Shown here in pieces: positions 54,101 through 64,000 of a stretch of DNA of 64,000 nucleotides. Under the pieces are notes generated by a model. The model did no database searches and was not told the origin of the DNA. It saw only the letters and a program-made list of their open reading frames with translations. The stretch is from assembly GCA_951406725.2 (NCBI GenBank), contig OX597823.1, positions 78,306,001 to 78,370,000 on the forward strand. The letters are read 5' to 3'. The stretch is from Octopus vulgaris. Its lineage: Eukaryota. A program made the translations under genes and the position numbers. Position 1 is the first letter of the stretch. The number at the start of each line of letters is the position of its first letter.

Positions 54101-55202
54101 AATGGGTACATTTCAATAGGGATTTGTTCAGCTTCACCTAAATAATTTCACTAACAAGGTTTTGGTTGACTCAAGGCTGGAGTAGAAGAAAGTTGTACAA
54201 GGTACTACGTAGTGGAGAGTGGGGATGGGGAGAAGGTCATACCTGGAACCACCTGATTGCTCACTGAACCTCTTAACTATACAGCCATGTAGCAACTGTG
54301 TATGTTTTGATGTTACTAATTAAATGGCCTGCACCGTACACCTCTACCTCCTCACTAGAGAAATACTGTACAGAATGAGTTATCTCAGCTTTGAAGAGAT
54401 TTCACTATTAACTAAATGTAAACTATTTTGTCTTTGAATTATAAGTATTGTGTTCAAAGTCAGTTTTAGTATTACTGTAGAAAGATCAGAGAGGTAAGTG
54501 AAATGAAGAATATTAGTAGACAATTAAGTGTAAGATGTGAGAAAAGGTGACAAATTTAGAAATTTCTTCGGTTTAGTAAAAGACGAAAAGTAATCAGTTA
54601 AAAAGAAAGTAAAGCACACTATTGAAACTAGATGTCATAGTTCAAGAGTAATTTAGTCTTTTGGAGTTTAAAGACAGCAAGGAAAAAGAAGAAGAAAAAA
54701 ATTGTCATTATGAAGACATTCTAAAATGTGGTGAGAAAGTTTTTTAATGTCTAAAAGTTATAAAAAAAATAAACCCGAAAGAAAACAACTAAATAACAAA
54801 GACAGAATCAATTATGGCTAAGATTTGAGTAAAAGGAAAGACCAGTATTATTAAATTGACTGATAATGTTGAAATAGAATGAAAAAGCAAAAACAAAAAA
54901 AAATTGTGTGTGAAAAGTCAGAATGATACAAGTAGATAGTGAAACAGATTGCAATATTTTAAGCTATAAGCCTACTCCACAACTTGTTGCGATATGTTCA
55001 GTTAGTTATCTTGTTGGATGAAATCAAGTGGAAAAAAATACCATCATTTCTGTATCGTATGAATTGGACTGGGGTTCAAGGGGGCAGCAGTGACGGGGAT
55101 GGTAAATGAAGCAATGAAAATTAAGAATACATACATACATATCTATCTATCAATCTATCTATCTATCTCTATAATTGTGTATATATATATAAATATATAT
55201 AA

Positions 55203-55234
<32 letters not shown>

Positions 55235-55594
55235 GTATGTTTTATAAGTAGGATTTCAAATGCAACTTAAAACATTATTTCACAGTTAGTAATGATGGAT
55301 ACTACTTTGTTATATTTTGTCTTTGTGAATGCATTGAGTGGTTGTGTGTATAAGGTATGTGTTTGAGCGCATATGTATGTAAGTATGTATATGTAATTAT
55401 GTGTGCGTGAGAGTCGTATAAAATAATGCAAATACATATACTTTCGTGATCTGTATATGCAGTTCAGTAATATTCTACATGTCTGATAGGCAGAAAATAT
55501 ATGGAATAAAAGAATATATACATACATTTATATATATATATGTATATATATATGTGTGTGTCTGTGTATACACATACACAGTGATAAATATACG

Positions 55595-55628
<34 letters not shown>

Positions 55629-56789
55629 TATATATATATATCCATGTGTATACGCTTGTATGTATATATATATATAGATAAATTGATAGATATTATAAGC
55701 AATGTGTTTGGATGTATGTTTATGTATATATATATGCATATATGTATATTCATATATGCGTGTGTTGTGATATTTCAAGAGTATATCCAGCTGTGATTAC
55801 TCACAAGTAGACATGTGCGTGTTATTAAATATAGAATATGCTAAAACATATTTTCGTAGTGCATTAGAAGTAATAAAGAAATAGGAAAAAAAGGGGAAAA
55901 AATGTGATTGCCTGATACATTAAAAGTAACAGATTTGATGACACTCTTTAATAACATTGAATAAGTGATAACATGTTATTATTTTTATTATTACTACTAG
56001 CAATATTATTATTGTTGTTGTTGTTGTTGTTCTCATCATCGTCCGTGGTTGATACCACCATGTTCACTGCTGCTACTACTGCTACTACTAAGCATTTTTT
56101 TTGCAAAATAATCGTATATAAATGACAAGCAATGGAATTTTAGATATCAAACAACTAATAAATATAGTTAGTAGAAGAAGTGAGTTAGAGGGAGATACTG
56201 AAATGAATGATCTCTGTTGAGTTGATACTAACCAAATACATGCTAACACAGAAAAGAAATATTATATATATACACACTTATATATATATGCATATATTTA
56301 TACACACATGCACATGCACACACACCAACACAGGTATATTTGTAATAAAGCTGTTGATAGACAACAAATTCATTACCAAAAGTTAGGAATAAAGAAGAGT
56401 GTAAAAACAAAGTAAAAGTTATGAAAAGTAAAAATTTCAAAAACCTGGGTTAGCCCCCCCTCTCCCACCTCCACTTTTTGCTTTTTGTATTTTGCTTTTG
56501 CTTTACATTCAGTCTGTATTTTATCATTAGTATATTACTAAATTAAATATAATTTCTTCGCGATGATGAATTTATTTAGAAATATTTTTTTATAGGAGGT
56601 TAAGAGGTAATCAAATATAAAACATTATAAAAAGAAAGAAAAAAGAAAAAATTATGCTAGGATAAGAAGTCATATTTATTGCATGGCAGAGAATAATTGA
56701 AGAATTAAGAGGATGATTATAACATGTACTTTGTTTCAAGATACTGGAACTTCATTCAAATAAGTTTTTTTTTTATTTATGCATCTTTT

Positions 56790-57078
56790 TCAAGCCTAAC
56801 CAGACTCATGGGCTCAGTTTCCCGATTTCTGCGGCGTATGTGTTCCCCCCAAGCTGGAAGGGACACCAGTCTATTGCAGCATTACTCAAGAAACAGGAAG
56901 AAAGAGTGAGAGAAAGTTGGGGCGAAAGAGTACAACAGGGGTTACCACCACCCCCTGCCAGAGCCTCATGGAGCTTTTAGGTGTTTTCACTCAATAAACA
57001 CACACAACGCCCGGTCTGGGAATCGAAACTGTGATCCTCCGACCACGAGTCTGCTGACCTAACCACTGGGCCATTGCG
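56790..57078 (-). mobile_element. tRNA-derived SINE family D variant (different 3' tail)
   Basis: 56888-57078 matches 38507-38697; the distal part differs. Confidence 0.8.
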
Positions 57079-60000
57079 AATGAGTACTATGTGCTTATTT
57101 TTTACTGTCCTCAGTTAGGGATATATATTTGATTTATGCAATAAGTTGCAATGAAATGTTGATTCATATAATATTGATAAATAGTGGCAAAAATGGCTGA
57201 GTGAATAAAATACTTGAATATCAGATCATGGGTTTTAAGTTCAACTCCTCCATAGGCATCTTGTTTATTTTGACCAGTATAATCTATTTGCCATCTGTTA
57301 CTTCATATAGAATAATTAAATTTAAGATTGATATAACATTGGTCAGCCAGATACTACAGTTGATTAATAAGCTGGTTGATCAATAACTTAATGGTAAGAA
57401 GGTTTGAGGGAAAGCCATAAAAACAAGTTATTAGAACTAAATGGCTAAGTATATGAGATAGGGAAAGAAATAGGTTTCAGATCAAGTCAAGTCACTTGTC
57501 AGACTTGTATGATTGTGAAATGTTATTTCATTTCCTGTCAAGTATGGACGACATCTCTAGATACATTCCAGCCTTATTTTGACCTCAGCATAACATTGCC
57601 TTCATCGTACTTGCTGAAATAATGATAAAATAATCAGGAATAAATCTACAAGATTGTAAATTTTTTGGCAGATGAAAAAATGTAATTGTTTGTTAAATAA
57701 TTTAAAGATGATATCTATACGAAAAACAATGCTTACATTAGTGTTGAATTATTTAATGTATGAACCATTAGTCAACCACTAATATTATTTTCATTTTCCC
57801 AACAATTCCATGAGATAACACCAGACTTATTCCAATCATATTAAGACTTTATCAACCTACTGCTTTGAGTTTTACCTAAGTCTTTGACTTTCTTTCATTG
57901 TGGAGTATATAGTGAGACTAAATCCTGTGCATAATAGTGAATTTGTTGGATATTTCCCAAACCTTAATTGGGAACTTACTTTTCTTTGGTCTGCTCAAGC
58001 AGAATGAAATGAAAAAATGAAATAAAATAAGTCATATCTTTCTTTCAACTAGATCACAAGTGAAGGCATTGTCTTCATAGTCCATGTCAAATTTGGGAGC
58101 TAGTAGTTAGCTTGGTGGACTTTGTCCCTTTCTCAGACTATTAACAACAGAACAGAAATTGCAGATATGAAGAATAAATGATGCAAGCTAGCTTAACTGA
58201 GAATCAAATCTGCATTGCAGACTATTACTCAACAATAAAATCTACTTCCATCCTTTACTGAACAAATGACATTTATTTCTATAAAATGAAACAGTATCTC
58301 ATGTTGAACTATCACCACCCTCCCATTCTTTTAACTCTAAACTTATACAATGTTGATATTAGGAAGAAGTCTTTTATTTCATTTTCTTGTCATCAGTGTC
58401 AGACATTCATAAATCATCCTCATTAATAACAGAATTTTTTTCCTTTTTTTTTTGCGTTTTTTGAAGAATTTTTGTGTGGGGATAAAAATAAATAGATGAA
58501 ATTAATCAATTTCAAGAGTTTAAAAATTTCTTTGCTGGACTTTGGAGATGGAAGAGCCAAACTTTTATTCAGCTAAAGATGGTGGATCAGTGGAATTGGT
58601 AAGGTTAGAGTGAAGGATGAAATAAAATAGCCTTTAGTCTTTACTTACACCCTTCTCTTTGTATTTCGATTTCAAATTCCACTAGGGGTTGATTTCAAGT
58701 TTCAACTTTCCAGGGTCAATATAATAAAGTACCAGCAACAAACAAGGTTAATTTCCTTGGGTATTTCCTCAAAAAGCTCTGAGAGCTTATGCCAAATGTC
58801 AGGTGCAAATATTATATTTAAGAGTAGAGCAGTAATCTGATAGAATCATTAGCAAGCCAATCAAAATGCTTAGTAGCTTTTCACCTGTCTTTATGTTCTG
58901 GGTTCAAATTCTGCTGAGGTCAACTGTTCCTTTCATCCATTCAGAGATAATAAAATAAGTACTCTTTGAGTACTGGGGCTGATATAATCAACTTACCCCT
59001 CCCTTAAAATTGCTGGCCTTGTGCCAAAATTTGAAACCAATTTTATATTTAAGGATGATGCAGAGCTGAATTAGTAAAGCAAAGGAGAAAATAAAATGTT
59101 TTACAGTATTTAGTTATACCCTTTACGTTTCAACTCAACTCCCACCATTCTTGACTTAGCTTTTCATTCTTTCAGGGTCAAGCAATGTATTGATAAATTA
59201 ATATAATTAACTAAATATTTTCCCCAAATCTTCTGTCTTTGTGCCAGAGTTAGAATTCAATATTACATCTATTCCATTTCAACATTGGTTTTATGTATAT
59301 TTTAAGTACTTTTCATTGGATATCAGTACATGGCTTCAAAGTTAGATATTTTTGTGCCAAACGATACCATGTGGTTGTTGAACTAGAACTGCAGTTGTCT
59401 AGATTATAGTAAATTAACAGAGTTAGACTCAATTATACCTGTGATTATAGATTGGCCAATTACTTGTTAGTAATTATATTATTTAATTTTTCCCATATTT
59501 AGTTCCAGCTTTTCCTGGAATTAAAAAGACAATTAGAATTTTTTTTTTCTTTTCCTTATTTGACAAATTTCCATGTTTCATAATATTTATGATAATCTAG
59601 AGTTGATTGACTCTACTGAATATAAACAACCAGTATAATTCTCTTCTATCGTATCAAGGGAACTGATACAACTGACATATACTATGCAAATATTTAGATG
59701 GGGAGAAAGGGAGAGAGAAGGAGAAAGAGAGAGAGAGAGAGAGAACTAACGTTCATTTCTTCAATTTTGGTGCATCATCGACTGCGTAATTAAACAACAC
59801 GTTTACTGACCACTCCCAAGTACTTTCTCTTATGTGCAGCATTCATATAGAGCAGCATCATTTCTGAGAAGCAATTACTGAATTCAAGCTTACATGAAAA
59901 GAAACCCGTCCTCAGACAAAATTACTGACTTCCGATTTAAGAAGAAGAATTACAAATTTTATGCATTTAAACTTAATTAAATTAATCAATACATAATTAG

Positions 60001-60424
60001 AAACAGTTAAAAATAGTGCATCAGTAGAGCTAGCTGCAGTTGTGCAAAGTTTTCTCTTTCATCCAGTGCTATCTATATATCAAGCCCGTTGCCTTGTGGC
60101 CACACCTGCAATTACATGTATCTGGTGATTTCTAAGATATAGTTGCCCTCTTCTTTAGTTCCTTTACTTCTCTCTCTCTCTCTCCATCCTCTTATTTTGC
60201 TGTATCTGTTAAAAGGTATGCTTTGCAATCACATATTTCCACATTCAGACCCACTGCACAACATCTTGAGCATGAATGTGTGTGTGTGTGTGTGCATGTG
60301 TGTATGTGTGTGTAAATGTATCTATGTATAAATATATATATATGTTTGTGTATGTGTATATACATGTAAGTGTGTGTGTATATATATATTAAAAATGGGG
60401 AAGACGAATATATACTACTCTATG

Positions 60425-60750
60425 AGAGCATCATAGCCATGTGCTGAGAGGAATTCTTTGGGGTTTCAATAACACACTCCTGGAAACACGGGTGTTTCAT
60501 TCATCATCCTTAACTCCTATTCAAGGGCCTTTTGAGTTGGATGGTCTGCTTGACCTGAAGAAAACTCATACTGGGCCTCATCTGCAAGGTCATGCATTAT
60601 TTATCTTGATATGAGGTCACAATGTCATGTACATATGGTTGTGATGCATGTGCCTGGTGTACCTGTATCAGACAGGTAGTTATGATGGGTACATTGGGCT
60701 TCGTATATTTGTGCCCCAGCATCACTTTGATGTTGTGTGCTGCTCTCTCA
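60425..60750. repeat. Dispersed repeat family E, inverted relative to 29789-30120
   Basis: gagcatcatagccatgtg...tatcttgatatgag...tgtgatgcatgtgcctggtgtacc...gctctctca. Confidence 0.75.
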
Positions 60751-60777
60751 TAATAATAATGGTTTAAACTTTTGGCA

Positions 60778-61163
60778 CAAGTAGTTAGTGTGAAAAACCT
60801 CATAAGAGAAAAAATCTGTAAATTTTTTCACTTGAAAATATTTATTTACATTATATAGAGGGCTTTATTATACATAAATGCTGCACGCTAGGAGGGACTT
60901 TTAAAGTCAAAACTACCAAAATAAACAAATCGTACCGAATGCAATTTTCGAAGTGAGTCATTTAAAATTCTGTTTTTAAATGACTCGCTTCGAAAATTGC
61001 ATTCGTTACGATTTGTTTATTTTGTTAGTTTTGACTTTAAAAGTCCCTCCTAGCGTGCGGCATTTATGTGTAATAATGCCCTCTATATAATATAAATAAA
61101 TATTTTCAAGTGAAAAAATTTACAGATTTTTTCTCTTATGAGGTTTTTCATGCTAACTACTTG
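60778..61163. mobile_element. Foldback element or MITE: 386-bp near-perfect palindrome
   Basis: Arms 60778-60967 and 60974-61163, 6-nt loop ttctgt; termini caagtagttag / ctaactacttg. Confidence 0.9.
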
Positions 61164-61259
61164 ATAATTTCTTATGAAGATTTTATCCTATTTCTAAATT
61201 ATAAATATATATATATATATGTGTATATATATATATATATATATGTATATGTATATATG

Positions 61260-61316
<57 letters not shown>

Positions 61317-61656
61317 TTATATATCAAACATACACCATATATACATATTTATATACATAAGTATATTTAAAGGAATATGCTAAGCAAAATCTAAAATTTA
61401 TTATTCTAGTGAATGGGAGGAATAAGAAAAAAAAACACAAAAAGCTGGCTTACAATTTTAAAGTAATACCTGCTACCTCCATGGCTACAGCAACAGTGAG
61501 AAAATCAGTGGAATAATGTACAAAAGTGCATTTGAGTACAAATAGATGCAAGACGTACTGCCATAGTCTTATCTTTACAGCTGTTTCAAATGAACAATGA
61601 CTAGTACTGTTACCATGAATAATGCATTCTCCAACATACTATATCTGTCTACCTAC

Positions 61657-61705
<49 letters not shown>

Positions 61706-61707
61706 AT

Positions 61708-62250
61708 TTCATCATCCTTGTGGCTATGGTGAAAGAATGTATCTGGTGGACGCGTCTGAAAGGATTGAAGACAAACACTTTCCTCTCCGGTCAATCTGAC
61801 ATCAACTTCAAGTATCACTTGAATAGTAGAGAGGCAAGTTTTGTCTAGCGAATGTTTCAAAAACAGATGGGTGAATGTAGCAAGGATGGCACGTATGAAT
61901 GACGAAGCCAACTTGAGCATAATCCTATGAACCCGGAAAATTTTAAACAGAGGGTTACCTACTTGCAAACAAATGTGGTAACATGTAACATTATTGACCA
62001 ATGTTACCGTGGTCTTTTCCATAGGCTTTTCTTTCCATGGATAAACCTTATCTGCTTCCCCCTTTACACTTTACATCATGACACTGTGATACATGATCCC
62101 TATTGATCGTTTTTTTCTTCTTCTTTCCCTTTTACAATCCCTTTTGATCGAAAACCTACCCCCTTTTTTTCCTCTCCCCCAAAACGAAAAGCTCTACTTT
62201 GTAATCTGTCCCGTCTGTGTGCAGCCCTGTGTGGCTAATAAAGAAACATA
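61708..62250 (+). mobile_element. Tx1/L1-like LINE 3' fragment with 3' UTR
   Basis: FIILVAMVKECIWWTR...(frameshift)...ERQVLSSECFKNRWVNVARMARMND (K..IW..R and F..RW C-terminal pattern); pyrimidine-rich UTR; AATAAA at the end. Confidence 0.6.
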
Positions 62251-62945
62251 ATCTATATATCTATCTGCCTGTCTGTCTGTCTGTCTGTCTATCTATATCT
62301 ATCTATCTCTATGTGTGTGTGTGTGTGCGTGTGTGTGTGTGTGTGCATGCATGTATTTACATACACAAACATATGACAGGCTTCTTTTGAAGTATAGATA
62401 ATAATAAATATTAATCAAATACTGAAGTTCATATCACAGATTCCATTCATTCAGTCATTTGTTTGTTCATTCCTTAAATTCGAGGTCTAGCATCCATGTT
62501 AGAAATTAGTAATGAAATTAAAATTTATCAGCTCCTTAAAACTGAAATACACAGTTTGACACTAATGAGAATTTTGAAATCAGAACATAGATAACTAGAG
62601 CTCTGCCAGGAATTTTGCCTGGTAGACATTTAAGTGGAGGTTTGAACACGTTTCCATATTTCTTTGATGGATAAACACAAAGAATAGATAAAATTGGTGA
62701 ATAGCATTGCATGCAAGTCGTTGGTTAAAATAGCTGGACACAATGACATTCCTTGGGTATTCTAAAGATTAAAATAGCTAAATCAATTCTAAAGACAACT
62801 TTCTGCCTCTCATGATTTGCTAAACCTAATACTTCCTTCTGTTTGTTTAGGTATGATTAATGTTATTCAAATTCATTTATATACATACATAAATACATAT
62901 ACACATACATACATATATATATATGTGTCTATGTATGTGTCTATG

Positions 62946-63001
<56 letters not shown>

Positions 63002-63091
63002 CATATATGTAGGTATGCATATATTTATTTATACATATATATATATACACATATATATATGTACATACATACATGTTTGTATGTATGCATA

Positions 63092-63137
<46 letters not shown>

Positions 63138-63524
63138 CATACATACATACATAAATATATGTATGTATATATTCATTTATGTATATATATATATATATGC
63201 ATGCATACATACTCAGAGAGAAAGAGTGAAAGAGCTAATTTATCAAATTCGTATTGAATGTCACACCGTAAGCTGCAGCCTATGAGTTAAATCAGATTTT
63301 GTGATGTAATCAACCCTTATTTGGATATATGTGCATTAATATTTCATATTCTCTCATGTATTTACACTAGGCTTATATTTTGTATATAGTATGTAAGAAT
63401 ATACTTTCTCCAGCTTTTAAACTTTCTTCTCACATATGATTTCTTATGTATGGTAGCATTTCACAATGATAACATATAGGGAGCTGAAATATTTCATCCA
63501 CCTGATATTATCCATAGAATTTAT

Positions 63525-63667
63525 AGGCACAGGAGTGGCTGTGTGGTAAGAAGCTTGCTTCCCAACCACATGTTTCCAGGTTCAGTCCCACTGCATGGCA
63601 TCTTGGATAAGTGTCTTCAACTATAGCTTCTGGCTGACCAAAGCCTTGTGAGTGGATTTGGTAGACA
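63525..63667 (+). mobile_element. SINE family B, 5' half
   Basis: ggcacaggagtggctgtgtggtaagaagcttgcttcccaaccac...ggttcagtccc. Confidence 0.8.
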
Positions 63668-63720
63668 TATTGTTGTATATATATACTGTTGTATATAAAT
63701 ATACATTCATATATGTATAT

Positions 63721-63749
63721 ATACTAGGATAATTCATTCATCTACTTAA

Positions 63750-63793
<44 letters not shown>

Positions 63794-63822
63794 TTAAGTA
63801 GATGAATGAATTATCCTAGTAT
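63721..63822. repeat. Perfect 102-bp palindrome centred on (TA)n
   Basis: atactaggataattcattcatctacttaaatataaa-(ta)n-tttatatttaagtagatgaatgaattatcctagtat. Confidence 0.9.
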
Positions 63823-64000
63823 GGATAATTTGGTTAATCGATACCTGGGTAGCAAATTCACGTCAGTAAAACATGGTTGAAGTTACATGCCAAGGGCAGA
63901 ACCCCGTGTTCGTGTGTGGAAATTTGTGTGTTTTTTTATATGAATAAATGAAGAGAATTAAGAGTATGCAGTCTTCGAAACATATGTCGAAAGTAAATGA

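Overview
AT-rich, microsatellite- and SINE-dense animal genomic DNA. The repeat families look like those of a coleoid cephalopod (Octopus-like); this is recognition from memory, not a database result. Almost the whole window is intronic to one + strand gene. Three phase-compatible exons (2569-2783, 12817-13008, 30516-30645) splice into two consecutive CUB domains of a cubilin/tolloid/SOL-1-like extracellular protein. No further exon was found in the remaining 33 kb. The introns carry many tRNA-derived SINEs, LINE relics (RTE, CR1-like, R4/Dong-like, Tx1/L1-like, Penelope-like), MITEs (piggyBac-, hAT- and Tc1/mariner-type), two Helitron-like elements and several foldback palindromes. The standout is a very young 1.3-kb insertion at 20872-22168, built from a 494-bp monomer in one inverted and two tandem copies. 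Each copy carries a complete type I hammerhead ribozyme motif with an unusually long stem II. This is a retrozyme or Penelope pLTR-like unit predicted to release a 494-nt, possibly circular, RNA from the host pre-mRNA. Nearly all ORFs in the supplied track are microsatellite or SINE artefacts.
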